Positions 1-14,091 of a stretch of DNA of 64,000 nucleotides are shown here, in pieces. The DNA lies in contig OZ024743.1 of NCBI GenBank assembly GCA_964016885.1, positions 232,810,001 to 232,874,000 on the forward strand. The letters run 5' to 3'. This DNA is from Eledone cirrhosa. Lineage: Eukaryota. Position numbers and translations under genes: made by a program. The notes beneath the pieces are model-generated. The model was not told where the DNA came from. It saw nothing but the letters and a program-made list of their open reading frames with translations, and made no database searches. Each line of letters begins with the position of its first letter. The stretch's first letter is position 1.

Positions 1-78
1 TATATATATATATATATATATATATATAAGTGTATATATATGTATATATATGTATATATATATATATGTATATATATG

Positions 79-112
<34 letters not shown>

Positions 113-140
113 AATAAATATATATATGTATATATATATG

Positions 141-230
<90 letters not shown>

Positions 231-250
231 GTATATGTATATTTCTATGT
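1..250. repeat. (TA)n / (TATG) compound microsatellite
   Basis: Directly visible. Similar (TA)n tracts recur throughout the window and account for the YIYIYI ORFs. Confidence 0.97.
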
Positions 251-253
251 ATA

Positions 254-287
<34 letters not shown>

Positions 288-429
288 CTCAGTATATGTT
301 GGTTGTATACCAACAACTCAGTATGGAGATTGGAGCACTCGACGAAGTGCGCAGGTTAGTTTGGTTACTCCGGAGTAATGTAAAATAAAATAAAATAAGT
401 CAAATGTTAAAAATTAGGCTTCGTTTATT

Positions 430-484
430 ACTGCTATATATATTTTGGTGACAGCCATAATTCGCTGTGACCTCTTCAGTCAGT
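430..484 (-). ncRNA. Type I hammerhead ribozyme, family 1 (GAAA mutated to AAAA)
   Basis: Minus strand reads ACTGA-CTGAAGA-GGTCACAGC..GCTGTCACC-AAAA-TATATATA-GCAGT. Confidence 0.65.
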
Positions 485-711
485 CCGAATTAGTGTGGTA
501 GACACGAGTACACATGTTGTTGAGGTGTATAACCTTGTCAATACTCTGATATGCCCAGTTCCTGGTTGTTATTTCTCTGAGGAACTGGAATCATATCATA
601 TGATTCCAGTTCCTCAGTGAAATAACAACCCAACCAGGAACTGGGCATATCAGAGTATTGACAAAGTTATACACCTCAACATGTGTACTCGTCTCTACCA
701 CACTAATTCGA

Positions 712-766
712 ACTGCCTTAAGAGGTCACAGCCAAAGATGGCTGTCACCGAAATATATATAGCAGT
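712..766 (+). ncRNA. Type I hammerhead ribozyme, family 1 (CTGAAGA mutated to CTTAAGA)
   Basis: ACTGC-CTTAAGA-GGTCACAGCC aaagat GGCTGTCACC-GAAA-TATATATA-GCAGT. Stems I and II pair. Confidence 0.65.
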
Positions 767-823
767 AATAAACGAGGTCAAGTTTTAAACATTTGACTTA
801 TTTATTTTATTTTATTTTATATA

Positions 824-859
<36 letters not shown>

Positions 860-909
860 TGTATGTATGTATGTATGTATGTATGTATGTATGTATGTAT
901 GTATGTTAT

Positions 910-1518
910 GTCAGGTCACCAGCTGGTGCTACTGGTAACATGTATCCCAGTACAACCTGTTTCATGGTCGGGTCGTTGGCGACTAAACTGGCAGCCCCAC
1001 CAAGGTTTCTTGGTGAGGAGGGTGACTTTGGACATCCTGCAGGACTAAAAACAAAACCTGTCAAAGGGCAAAGGAGCTCTTAAGAGTCAATGGCCATCCA
1101 AAATCACCGGGAGAGATGACCCCTTAGCCTTTGTCAAGGCAGAATTCTAGGAGAAGGAAAACTCTGATATAACACCTGCAACCCTGATGGTATCCAATGA
1201 TGTTGACTTGTTCTTCTTTTTGGTAAATATCATCTTGGTTAAGAGAGTGGGACTGGCTTTGTGCAGTGCCTTTGCTCACTATAAAAGCTTCACGGCACAG
1301 GCATTTCTTTGTATCTGGAGATCTCTCTGCACTTGTCGTCACATGGTACCATGGGTCCAGCACTATGTGTCAATAATTGTCACAAGTGTAGTGTTTGTAC
1401 CAGAGTTTTCAAGTTGCTGGCTGGACTAAAAAGTCACACTCGTTCAGCGCATCGGTAGGGGTTCTCCTACATGGATATAAAGTAGTGACCGTACTCGAAA
1501 ACGAGTTGGCAGCCACCA
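910..1518 (+). mobile_element. Possible LINE (RTE-like 5' UTR) remnant embedded in (TATG)n
   Basis: Higher-GC island with (TATG)n on both sides (832-905, 1518-1560). Contains CTAGGAGAAGGAAAACTCTGA, which resembles RTE 5' leaders as I recall them. No convincing ORF. Confidence 0.3.
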
Positions 1519-1560
1519 TGTATGTATGTATGTATGTATGTATGTATGTATGTATGTATG

Positions 1561-1636
<76 letters not shown>

Positions 1637-1642
1637 CATATA

Positions 1643-1709
<67 letters not shown>

Positions 1710-1736
1710 ATGTAATAAACAACATAAGGCAATTAT

Positions 1737-1794
1737 TCCATTTACCAGTGGTTTCTTAAAAGCAAAAGGCTTTGCTTTCAATCCTCAGAATGAA
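1737..1794 (-). ncRNA. Type I hammerhead ribozyme, family 2
   Basis: Minus strand reads TTCATT-CTGAGGA-TTGAAAGC..GCTTTTAA-GAAA-CCACTGG-TA-AATGGA. Core is intact. Confidence 0.8.
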
Positions 1795-1934
1795 AAAATC
1801 CTGGTTTGTTTATTGAATTTGGATCTTAAAAACAAAAAAGCAAGCTATATGAAAGTGAGGCTTGAGAAGGAAGAAGGAAAGGAAAAATAAAATAAGACTA
1901 CACATACAACCACACATACACGAAAAAACATAAA

Positions 1935-2067
<133 letters not shown>

Positions 2068-2176
2068 ACACACGTTATTCCGGGTTGAATCGGAGGCAGC
2101 CACAGCAAGCAAGGCACTCAGTACACCGCAGAGCATGAAAGTTTTAATATAGATGAGAATCTGTATATGTATACAA

Positions 2177-2209
<33 letters not shown>

Positions 2210-2643
2210 TGTGTATGCGCGCACGCACGCACGCGTATACAAATATAAATATATTTCCCCCATACACATGTGTGTGCGTGCATGCGCGCATACGTGCATG
2301 CGTACGCGTGCCCATGGGTGCGCGCGAGTGTATGAGTGGGTATGTTCTGTTGAAAGTGTCTCGTGAATTTATGGCTACAGTTGTATAGATTATACTTAGA
2401 AATTGTCTACAGAATTCCCTAAACCTTCGTCAATTTACTAGAACCTTTAAGAATTTAGGTTTTAAGGAATCTCCCCTTCCTCCAAATCTATCTACCATGA
2501 CTGACCCCATACTGATCTTGCAGACACCTGTAAGCTAAAGAGAAACCTAATGATAAGGATTGGCTCCAATCTGAATACAGAAATCTGTCTGCCTTTGTTC
2601 CGCTAAAAACAAACATATACAAACATTCATACATACACACACG

Positions 2644-2690
<47 letters not shown>

Positions 2691-2874
2691 CACACACACA
2701 CACAAACATATCTACACACACACGCGCATACATATATATATATACACACACACATACACACACACACATGCATATATACACACACATACACACACACACA
2801 CACATATATACACACGCATATATATACATATATATATATGCGCGTGTGTACACATACATACACATAGCCATACC

Positions 2875-2980
<106 letters not shown>

Positions 2981-3412
2981 CATACGTTCACACAATCAAA
3001 CATATATACACACGTACATGCATACACATACATAAATGCACTCCTCTACATATTCACACACGCAAATAAATATGAGAAAAAAAAATATATATATATATAT
3101 ATTATAAAAATATTGAGACCGTTACATAAGGCAGCAAACTGGACAGACAAGCGTGGTAAGAAACACACACAAAAGCGCATATACATACGCACGAAATAGT
3201 CAACGCATTCACACACTCTCACACATTAAAAAAAAAAAAAAAAAAAAAATTTCAAATACAAATACATAAACGCATACATACGCATACATGCATAACCACG
3301 CACAAGTGTACAATCTATACACACACACATGTGTATACAACTATATGCACACACACACATATATGCATACATATACACACATATATATACATAAATACAA
3401 ACGTACACACAC

Positions 3413-3464
<52 letters not shown>

Positions 3465-3885
3465 ATGAATGTTTGTATATGTTTGTTTTTAGAGGAACAA
3501 AGGCAGACAGATTTCTGTATTCAGATTGGAGCCAATCCTTATCATTAGGTTTCTCTTTAGCTTACAGGTGTCTGTAAGATCAGTATGGGGTCAGTCATGG
3601 TAGATAGATTTGGAGGAAGGGGAGATTCCTTAAAAGCTAAATTCTTAAAGGTTCTAGTAAATTGACGAAGGTGTAGGGAATTCTGTAGACAATTTCTAAG
3701 TATAATCTATACAACTGTAGCCATAAATTCACGAGACACTTTCAACAGAACATACCCACTCATACACTCGCGCGCACCCATGGGCACGCGTACGCATGCA
3801 CGTATGGGCGCATGCACGCACATACATGTGTATGGGGGAAATATATTTATATTTGTATACGCGTGCGTGCGTGCGCACATACACA

Positions 3886-3990
<105 letters not shown>

Positions 3991-4109
3991 GTTTGTATAC
4001 ATATACAGATTCTCATCTATATTAAAACTTTCATGCTCTGCGGTGTACTGAGTGCCTTGCTTACTGTGGCTGCCTCCGATTCAACCCGGAATAACGTGTG
4101 TGTGTATGC

Positions 4110-4210
<101 letters not shown>

Positions 4211-4352
4211 TTTATGTTTTTTCGTGTATGTGTGGTTGTATGTGTAGTCTTATTTTATTTTTCCTTTCCTTCTTCCTTCTCCAGCCTCACTTTCATATAG
4301 CTTGCTTTTTTTGTTTTTAAGATCCAAATTCAATAAACAAACCAGGATTTTT

Positions 4353-4410
4353 TTCATTCTGAGGATTGAAAGCAAAACCTTTTGGTTTTAAGAAACCACT
4401 GGTAAATGGA
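4353..4410 (+). ncRNA. Type I hammerhead ribozyme, family 2
   Basis: TTCATT-CTGAGGA-TTGAAAGC..GTTTTAA-GAAA-CCACTGG-TA-AATGGA. Confidence 0.8.
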
Positions 4411-4510
4411 ATAATTGCCTTATGTTGTTTATTACATAATAATAATTAAGCTCTGTTGCTTACATAGAAGACTCTTTTTTCCTGGACTTTTCCGACGGAA
4501 TTACTTCATT

Positions 4511-4642
<132 letters not shown>

Positions 4643-4678
4643 TACACATATATACATACATATATACATACATATATA

Positions 4679-4766
<88 letters not shown>

Positions 4767-4770
4767 CATA

Positions 4771-6035
4771 CAGGGTGCGGACGGTATTTGAGGACACATG
4801 CGTTTTTTTACTTTTTTTATTTCACTAATTTTCATTGAACTTCCATTTCAGAAAATAACAATGAAAATATCTATGCTTACTAATGAAATGAAAAGGCATG
4901 CTGTGATTGTGGTTTTGAAGGCTAAGCATGGGGGTTTAGAACTTTCTCGTTTTCTGAAAGTTGCAAGGTCTTTTGTCCACAAGATTCGGTGTGAGTTAGA
5001 GAAAGAAGATGGAAGTGTATTACCTGGATGGATCAAAACGTAAAAGAACATTCCAAACGATTTGATTCTATCAGGACACCTGAATTTATTCAGGAAGTTA
5101 AGCAAAACATTGATGACAATCCAGGAAAATCAATGAGATCAATTGCAAAAAATCTTGATGTGTCAGAAAAAACAACCAGAAATGTTGTGCATGAAGGCAT
5201 CAGATACAAATCTTACGTGATGAGGAGAGGTCGAATCATGTCAGAAAAAACAAAAGAAAAGCGTTTAATCAGTCCCAAAAGACATTTGAACAAACTTAAA
5301 AATCCATCAGAAAATGGTGTGATTTGGTTTTTCTCAGATGAGAAAAACTTTGACCAGGACCGCAATACTAACAGAAGAAATGACAGGTGGCTCTGTGTAG
5401 ACCCTTCTGAGGTTCCAAGAGTAATGCACACAAAATTTCCTGCAAGTGTCATGGTTTGGGGTGCTGTTAGCAATGAAGTACATGTGATGCCTCCTCACTT
5501 TTTCCACAAGGCCTTAGGGTGAATGCTGCTGCGTATATTGAGGTTCTGGCTAAAGTTATTAAGCCTTGGATCAACAGTATATGCAATGGAAGGCCTTATG
5601 TCTTTCAACAAGATTCTGCACCATCACACAAGGCTCAAATGACACAAGAATGGATGGCCGTCAATTTGATCATCACATCACCCTAAACATTTGGCCTACT
5701 AATTCTCCAGATCTCAATCCACTGGACTACTATGTATGGAGCATCTTTGAGAAAAATGTCAATGAACACCCCACATAACACCAAAGATTTTTTGAAAGCC
5801 GCCATAATTCGAGTCATGTCCGAAATGAACAAAGACCAATTAATGCGAGGTTGCAAATGATTTCGACCCTGTGTAGAAGCAGTTATTGATGCTTATGGTG
5901 GTTTTATTGGATGAAATGATTAAATTGATAACATAGCTTTATGTTTATGTTATTTTTATAAGAATACAGTTTTTTCTATTATTATATAAGCGTATTTTTT
6001 AAACCATAAGTCTGTCCTCAATTACCGTCCGTACC

Positions 6036-6038
<3 letters not shown>
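4771..6038 (+). mobile_element. Tc1/mariner superfamily DNA transposon, DD37D (maT) type
   Basis: TIRs CAGGGTGCGGACGGTATTTGAGGACA and TGTCCTCAATTACCGTCCGTACCCTG, with TA on both sides, inside a (TA)n tract. Confidence 0.9.
4861..5913 (+). pseudogene. Frameshifted DD37D transposase
   Basis: ORF pieces 4798-5043, 5028-5522 and 5566-5778 contain an HTH region, WFFSDEK, FQQDSAPSH and WPTNSPDLNPLDY. There are 37 residues between the 2nd and 3rd Asp after correcting one frameshift. Confidence 0.88.
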
Positions 6039-6099
<61 letters not shown>

Positions 6100-6174
6100 C
6101 ATATATATATATAGATATACATATATACATATATATATACATAAATATACATATATATATATATATATATATTA

Positions 6175-6302
6175 TAGTTGAGACAGTAAACAAAAAGCCA
6201 AAAAACAACGTAGAAGCGAAGAGGCAGTACAAAATGTTAATATTAGTTTCACGCTTGAGAGTGGGGTGATATATATATAATATATATACACACACACACA
6301 TG

Positions 6303-6336
<34 letters not shown>

Positions 6337-6855
6337 TAAAAGAATAGAGGTGTAACACACGAATTATGATATATTGGTAAAAGGAAAAAAATTGCTGACA
6401 AATTGTTCCCAGTGAAAAATAGTTTAATTAGGAATAAGTAAAAATTAGTAATAGTATTGGTTAGTATTCAGTTTTGGTTTTAAGTTTTACCGCTTGCGCA
6501 TTTCTAATGCTTTTCAAAATTAATTTTGACATAGAGCGCCCGTGATGTTTGCTCTAATCTGATTAGTTTTGGAAATTCTACCTGTTTTATGTAAAAAAAT
6601 GTGGCTCCAGATGTATGAAAAAATTCTTGTGGTCAAAATAATTTTGATTGGTCGGTAGAGGTCATGTGAATGTTAAAAATTGATTTTGCTCCAAATGTAG
6701 GTTTGTCTCGGCTGATTGAGAAGTCACTGAAAAATAAGTCTTTCAAGACAAATGTGTGTGTGTAGTAGTAGTAAAGAGGTTCGTTCTTGTGATAATGGTC
6801 AGCAGGGATGTGTGTGCAAACCGCAGCCTGTTGACAGTTCAAATGCCTATTAAGA

Positions 6856-6906
<51 letters not shown>

Positions 6907-8395
6907 GTGGCAGAGTAATTTGTGGTAGAGGGATGGTCAGTAGGAATGTGTCTGTACGTGTGTGGGGGATATTTTAACATGTTAAAAGATATTTTGCAGC
7001 TCTTGTCTTATACGGAGAAGTGTGTATGTGTGTGTGTGTGTGTGTGTGTATGTCTCTTTGTATGTTAATGTACGCGTGTGTATGTGTGTGTGTATATATG
7101 TGTGTGTGTATATATATATATGTGTGTGTGTGTGTGTGAGAGAATGTGTGTGGGTGGACCAGTATTTTTGTGATACTGGTAAAAATGGTGTACATTATTC
7201 GATATTTTCAGTAAAAACGATTCTCTCAATAGAACATCAAACACCTTAATAATAAAAGGTGTGACATGATATATAGTATTGGCATAATACCAAGGTGTGT
7301 GTGAGTGTCCAGATTGTACGTACTGCAAGGGTAATCCATTAGGTCTTGCCGTATTGGAATACTTGTGTACAAATATGTATGTGCCCATCAGTGTGCAATG
7401 CATGTGTGCGTATATGTATGTGTGTGTGTCGGCACGTTTATATCTATAGACATCAAAAGGTATGCAAATTTGTGTATATTTGTGTTGCACCATAGAACAG
7501 GTGTGTTTACGTATGTCATTGTGTTTATATGTGGATAGAGATGTATGCTGATGTAGGTATGTATGTTGACGTGTGTATGTTGTGGGTCCGTATTTGTTAA
7601 TAAAGTGAGATTCCTTGCTGATGCGCTGGGTGTGGGTGGCATTATCTTTAAATTTGTAGAGGGGAAAGATTCTGAAGTTGGGATGATTTTGGACGGCACA
7701 GGTATCAATGTGTTCACTCAGTGGTATTTTCCTGTATTCCCGTATTTTAATTTGGGATCTATGGACAGTAATGCGTTGGCGGAGGCTGTTTTTGGTCTGG
7801 CCTATGTATTGTTCTCGACAACCTGAGCAAGTTAATACATATATTAGATTTTCTGATGCGCATATGAAATTGTGTTTTACTATAAAACGTTGTCCTTCTT
7901 TGAAATAGAATTCCGAACCCTCTATTAGGTTGATGCATATGCCACAGTTGGGTCTATCGCATTTTTTTACTGTGGGTTTTGTTGTAGTTGGCAGTACTTT
8001 GGCATGCGTTAGGATGTTTTTCATTGACTTAGGTTGTCTTTTGCTCTTTATGATATCGTGTGTTCATAGGATTTGGTTCATTCTATGGTCCTTTTTCAAC
8101 ACATGGATGTTCTGGAGGATGGTGTCAAAGGCCTCATTCTTGAGAGGGTTGTGTGTGGAGATGTATGGAAGAGCTTTTAGTTTCGGTTGATTTACTTTAG
8201 GGTGTCTAAGGTCCTGAGTACTGAGTTTTAGGGCACGTTGGATTCCATTGTCAATTAGTGATGCAGAGTAGTCCCTGCCTATGAGTGTGTCCTTTAGTTC
8301 TTGTAGCCGTAAGTAGCAGGTGTTTTTATCGGAGACTATAGTACAGATTCTCTTGGCTAAGTTGTAGGGAATATTAATTTTAACGTGTCTAGGGT

Positions 8396-8398
<3 letters not shown>
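6175..8398 (-). mobile_element. 5'-truncated Neptune-type PLE (RT thumb + GIY-YIG + 3' region)
   Basis: HPRHVKINIPYNLAKRICTIVS, CDRPNCGIC and NLIYVLTCSGCREQYIGQT..LRQRITVHR. Starts at a (TA)n tract. The 3' boundary is approximate. Confidence 0.8.
7585..8395 (-). pseudogene. PLE RT C-terminus and GIY-YIG endonuclease (disrupted)
   Basis: The N-terminal half of ORF 7065..8024 plus upstream frames carry the GIY-YIG motifs. Homologous to 43127-44040 and 49476-49991. Confidence 0.85.
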
Positions 8399-8434
<36 letters not shown>

Positions 8435-8499
8435 GAAGTATTTCCGTAGGAAAGGTACAGGAAAAGAGAGTGCTCTATGTAGGCTATATATATATATAT

Positions 8500-9354
8500 A
8501 ACGAAGGAAGTGTGGCAAGGAACCAGATGGACCGTAACGCACCAGAGTACTCAATACTTAGGGTAGTAGAGTGGGTAATAGGAAAATGTTTAATCCCTAT
8601 GGCAGAGCTCAAGCCGTTTCGACGACTATTTCTGGACTAAATTAGAATTTTTAGCGTGGTACTAAATAGCCGAACTTTTCAATGGATAATTCCTTATATG
8701 GGAAGATTGTTGTTGTCAAAATGATTGGGCAAAATTTCTTGTAAACACAATTAAGTCTTTCTTGGTGGTCGATGGGAGGTGGGGGTGGCTGAACTTGCCT
8801 GTAGAACAATGAGGGAGTGGGTGGAGCCGATCAAGCTTTGAAAGTGAATTCTATATAGCAAATTCTAAGGAGTGTATATGAAATTAGGCTAGGTAGAAAG
8901 CAGGCGAAAAAGAATTCTGGGAGAATTTGAGAGTGGGACGTTATAAAATTAAAAAGGTTAATAAATTGAGATTAAAAGATAATAAATAAAAAATAATTAA
9001 AAAAATTAAATAGTAACAAATAATAAAAAAAATCTTTAGAGTCTAAAGCAGCTGCTATATTTTTTAGCTGGTATTGCATTTTCGGCCAATGCTATATAGA
9101 ATTTCCTGGGGTGGGGGTACTGAGGGCTGGCTCAGGATGGGCGAAAGAGGAAAACGGAAAAGAAAGGAGAGAGGGAGTGGAAGGAAGTCAAAAGAAGAGA
9201 TAAAGGGAAAAAGAAAAGAAGTACATCTACCTATGTATGCTGGGGTTTCCCCTATCTTGTTCGGCAAGTGGGGAAAAGAAGGATGTTGCAGCCATTTTCT
9301 ACCCACCCGGGTCATCGGGGGGGGGGGGGGTGAGGACGAAATAAGTCCTACGCA

Positions 9355-9355
<1 letters not shown>
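8500..9355 (-). mobile_element. 5'-truncated Naiad-type PLE (last codons + 3' UTR/pLTR), related to the 37253-40158 family
   Basis: The reverse complement of 9300-9355 matches the ORF end at 38816-38865. The pLTR ends ...TTCCTTCGTTA into (TA)n. Confidence 0.7.
8593..8687 (-). ncRNA. Hammerhead ribozyme, family 3 (U3-A8 core variant)
   Basis: Minus strand reads ATCCA-TTGAAAA-stem II-GAAA-CGGCTTGAGCTCTGCCA-TA-GGGAT. Confidence 0.55.
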
Positions 9356-9408
<53 letters not shown>

Positions 9409-9561
9409 TCTCTAATGAAATGATAGAACTTAGATGTATTGTAAATTGAGTTATACTTTCTCCAGTATTTAGCAATTTATAGACATTTTTATCATTGAAA
9501 CAATTGTAAGACTGTAAATAAATATCCTTGTTTTGTACTGTCAACCCTGTTATTCTTCACT

Positions 9562-9632
<71 letters not shown>

Positions 9633-10019
9633 ATTTACATATACACAAACTAAACAATGTCACAGATATATATGTGGCAACCATTCACGATGTGGCTGAA
9701 TGAAGAATTAATAAATTAAATAATCAGAGCAATATATCATAAAGTATGTCCATAGAATCATTTGATAAAATATATACACCATTTCCTCTCCCAATTAGCA
9801 TAATTAACAACAGAAAAATAAATTAGACCAGGATATAAGAATAAAGGCTCCTATGAAGAAATATTTGATAAATAAATGACAGCAGCCTCTTCGCGGCCGA
9901 CCGCAATAGAATATTTACCCAACATTTCAACAACATGTAGAAATCGACTCAATATACCGTCAACCATACACAATTAGGTATAAATTTAAAGTTAGAAGAA
10001 ATGCGTACACTCTTACCAT

Positions 10020-10084
<65 letters not shown>

Positions 10085-10087
<3 letters not shown>

Positions 10088-10245
10088 AAAATATTTAACC
10101 CCAACGGCAGAGCTCAAGCCGTTTCGACGGCTTGAGCTTTGCCGTCGGGGTCAAACATTTTCCTATTACCCACTATACTACCCCAAGTATTGAATAATCT
10201 TGTGCGTTATGGTCAATCTGGTTCCTTACCACACCTCCTTCGTTA
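10085..10245. mobile_element. Short palindromic family-3 pLTR fragment in (TA)n
   Basis: Inverted repeat centred on GTTTCGACGG (3' half of the HHR), ending in CCTTCGTTA-(TA)n. Confidence 0.65.
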
Positions 10246-10311
10246 TATATATATATATATATATATATATAATGTTAATACTGTATATATATATATATAT
10301 ATATATATCAA

Positions 10312-10835
10312 GAAAGTTTTCGCTCTACATGGCTGAATACAATAAATGTAATCTGAGTTTTTCGAATACTAATAACATTCGATTCGTTTGCAATTATGCA
10401 AACAAGCCTCATTTTTATAGCCATGTCAGTAGAATGAACTCTTCATTCTTGCTCTTGTGTTGGCATGTAAACAGAACTTCAGACACTAATGTTTCTAGAT
10501 ATTACTCTTCATCAGTACAGCTCACTATTCACCTGCCAACTGTCAGAGCTAGTGAAAATATATACTATTTTCTAAAATATACAGTGACTGATCGGCCTGA
10601 TTTGCATATTAGCAGACTGGATGATCAGTCAGATTTGCATTTTAGCAGATCCACTGATCAGCCAGATTTGCATATCAGCAATCTGGCCAGTCAGTTTCCT
10701 GTATACGAGCGATAAATGGCCGGTTTTGCCACATTCAATTATAAAGAAAATGTTTGCTCTACATGGCTGAATACAATAAATGTAATCTGAGGTTTTCGAA
10801 TATTAATAACATTCGATTCTTTTGCAATTATGCAA
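10312..10835 (-). mobile_element. PLE pLTR-like remnant with ~90-bp terminal direct repeat
   Basis: 10312-10400 is repeated at 10745-10835, with an internal HHR. Related sequence recurs inverted at 33337-33515. Confidence 0.55.
10477..10520 (-). ncRNA. Minimal hammerhead ribozyme, family 4 (imperfect stem I)
   Basis: Minus strand reads CTGTA-CTGATGA-AGAGTAATATCTA-GAAA-CATTAGTG-TC-TGAAG. Confidence 0.5.
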
Positions 10836-10841
10836 TATATA

Positions 10842-10983
<142 letters not shown>

Positions 10984-11167
10984 TTGGTAAAGATATCCAA
11001 TGTATAAAGCAACTCAAGTTTGTAGGATTAGTTTTAATATCATTATTAATGCCAGATGCTACAACGGCGCCAGGTTGAACAAGTTGACCCTCCGGCCCTA
11101 CAAAACGTACGTCCCTGGTATGGCGTCGTTGCTGTAACTGGCATTTATAATTATATATATATATGTA

Positions 11168-11199
<32 letters not shown>

Positions 11200-11291
11200 T
11201 GTGTGTGTGTCTGTGTGTCTGTGTGTATCTGTGTGTGTGTGTATGTGTGTGTTTGTGTGTGTGTCTGTGTGTGTATGTGTGTGTGTCTGTG

Positions 11292-11394
<103 letters not shown>

Positions 11395-11908
11395 TACCAT
11401 ATCAAGGATGTTTAGGATGACATTTCATAAGTCAATTAAATGTGTCTGATAAGAAAAAGTCTCAAACATCTTGAATGTACCTCGTATTTACTTGTGAAGG
11501 CAGGTAGCTTAATTGTTAGAGTATTCTATATATTCTATTATGAGGTTGTCATTTCGTATCCCGAACTGGGCGATGTGTTGTACCTTTAGGTAATACACTG
11601 TATTTAACGTTGCTCCAGTTCCCGTTACAGGTGGTAATTCACGTTATGTATATCTGCATACACACACACATACATACATACACACACATATAAATATATA
11701 TATATATATATATTAGGTATAGGATTATCCAAGATGTAGTAATGGTTAATTACTACACTGGATATGGTTGACGTACGGTAAGAGGTTACTCTACGAGTTA
11801 TGGAAGAATTGTGGAAGAAACTTAGTTCCTGATCCTTCTGTATTCCGGAGTGTATATAAAGAATGAATAATAACAGGTAGACATCATAAAAAGGTAATTT
11901 ATTCCGTG

Positions 11909-12020
11909 TGCTTACAAGTGTTTCCACGGTGGTACTACAGCCTAGTTATGCTATGTGTAAATTCACAAGTACTTGCAGAACTCAAATATCCAATGCTGTG
12001 ACCACTGTTTCCTCAGAGCA
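11909..12020 (-). ncRNA. Hammerhead ribozyme, family 5 (extended stem II)
   Basis: Reverse complement of the motif at 15261-15372. Confidence 0.75.
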
Positions 12021-12529
12021 GAATGGTAAAATGTACAATGTAAATACCCTTAAGTGGGGTTGTTGGGGAAGATACAGTAGAAAAGGAAGAGAGAAAAGTA
12101 GGGGAGAGAGAGAGAGAGAGAAAGATATGCAGGGGTTGGAGAAGTAGGAGAGAGTGGTTTGTAGATATCTTAATCAAAATGTTATGGTAGGGGTTTCATT
12201 ATACTGGTTACTTTTGGAGAGATGCGTTGATAGTTAAGGTCGGAATTATTTATTGCCCCAGAGGGCAGGTTCATAGATGTTGAGAGGGAGGTAGGCCAAA
12301 GGCGAGAGAGAGAGAGTGTAATGGATGTAGAGAGAGAGGTAGAGAGGGGACAGACGAAGTTTGTGTGGTGAGTGAACTTTGGGTTTGTAGTAGTAATCTA
12401 AGAATTTCACTGAGTTACCATTTATAGTGATAAGCAGTGTATTGTCTTGTAGTGTGGGGGGAAGAGAAGGTGGTTAGCTAGAAAGCGGTGTTATAGTTAC
12501 GGGTTCGAATGTTAAGTTATTTTATAGTG

Positions 12530-13690
12530 AGAGAATTTAGCTTTTACTTTGTGGTTGCAGTATAATGATCGTTCAATTCTATCGTTAAGTAGTTTGTTTT
12601 GGGATTTTAATATGTAAAATAGCTCAAGGTTACATAACCTGCAGTACTTCAATCCACTCCGATATGCACTTGCGCTGGAAAGCATATCCCATTTTAAGGT
12701 GAACTGTTGGTTGTGTTCACGGAGTTGCCAGGTCTAGTTGGCGAGCGTGGTCACAAAACGGTGATTGAGATGTTTGATTGAGAATCGATGACGGTACCAG
12801 CGAGATTTAAACGAGGTGGTGGTAGATCCGATATAATACTATTTCTGGTCATTCGATTCAACCGTGCATTGGTAAACAATGTTGGACTTTAGGCATTCAT
12901 TCTTCAATGGACATCTTTCAGGTAGATGGCAGTTACATTCTTTGCTGTGGGTAGCGAGTATACCATGGATAGGTTGTGATAGCGGTACAGGTGGGTTGTG
13001 TAATACCCGTCTCACATTTAGTGGTTGGCAGGCAGATATTGCGTTCTGCCCATCTGTTACTAAAATGTTTTGTTTTGTAGTGTTGTTTAATTGCCTTAAG
13101 TTAAGTTTTTTTATGTATGCTTCAAGGTTTGGTGCCGTGGAGTATGATAGTCTAATAGTTTTAGAGTTCAGAATTTTGCTGTATTTATGGGAACTAGGGA
13201 AGTGTTTGTTGATTAACTTAAAGAATGAAAGAGATAGCTTTGTACTAATCGAGGCATTAAACATAGGATTGTACCAGATATACTTTCTACAACGTGATTT
13301 ATTTGGTGGTGATTTTCTATTATTAGTATGTCTGGTAGTACTGTGTGTGTGTGCTTGTATTTTAGTCCCCCGGTTACGTATTCCTTGAATTCGTGTAGAG
13401 CTATGTGTGTTATGGAAATTCCTATCAATGTATTCTATTGTGTCCCGGTGGTCAGCATTCCTTAATGCATTATTGTAGTATTCAGCGTGTTCACTAAAAA
13501 TATCAGAGTTAGACGATAGGCGAGAGATTCTAAGAGAAATACTCCGGGGAACTGATTTGATCATGGAGAGTGGGTGGTTAGAGTTAAAGTTAATATACGT
13601 AAGGTTCTCATTCACCTTGTGGAAGGGTCGTATCTGTCCGGTATTTAAATTAAAAGTTACGTCCAGAAAGTTTACTACTTTAAGATTGTA
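12530..13690 (-). pseudogene. Naiad RT C-terminus + zinc-knuckle linker + GIY-YIG (stops)
   Basis: ORF 12839..13615 plus its continuation YIGSTTTSFKSRWYRH..CRLCNLE.. Confidence 0.85.
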
Positions 13691-13870
13691 TTCGTATGTA
13701 GTAATGGTTAATTACTACACTGGATATGGTTGACGTACGGTAAGAGGTTACTCTACGAGTTATGGAAGAATTGTTGAAGAAACTTAGTTCCTGATCCTTC
13801 TGTATTCCGGAGTGTATATAAAAAATGAATAATAACAGGTAGACATCATAAAAAGGTAATTTATTCCGTG

Positions 13871-13982
13871 TGCTTACAAGTGTTTCCACGGTGGTACTAC
13901 AGCCTAGTTATGCTATGTGCAAATTCACAAGTACTTGCAGAACTCAAATATCCAATGCTGTGACCACTGATTCCTCAGAGCA
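13871..13982 (-). ncRNA. Hammerhead ribozyme, family 5
   Basis: Reverse complement of the motif at 15261-15372. Confidence 0.75.
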
Positions 13983-14091
13983 GAATGGTAAAATGTACAA
14001 TGTAAATACCCTTAAGTGGGGTTGTTGGGGGAAGATAGAGTAGAAAAGGAAGAGAGAAAAGTAGGGGAGAGGGAGAGAGAGAGAAAGAAAG

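Larger units (their letters stand above)
381..820. mobile_element. Palindromic ORF-less PLE pLTR copy (~210-bp inverted arms)
   Basis: 381-593 is the reverse complement of 601-820. Each arm carries a hammerhead motif. The right side abuts (TA)n. Confidence 0.7.

Noticed and set aside
910-995. HDV-like ribozyme at the start of the RTE-like island
   Set aside because: A possible P2 pairing (TGTCAG/CTGGCA) and a CTAA junction are present, but P1, P3 and L3 could not be assembled.
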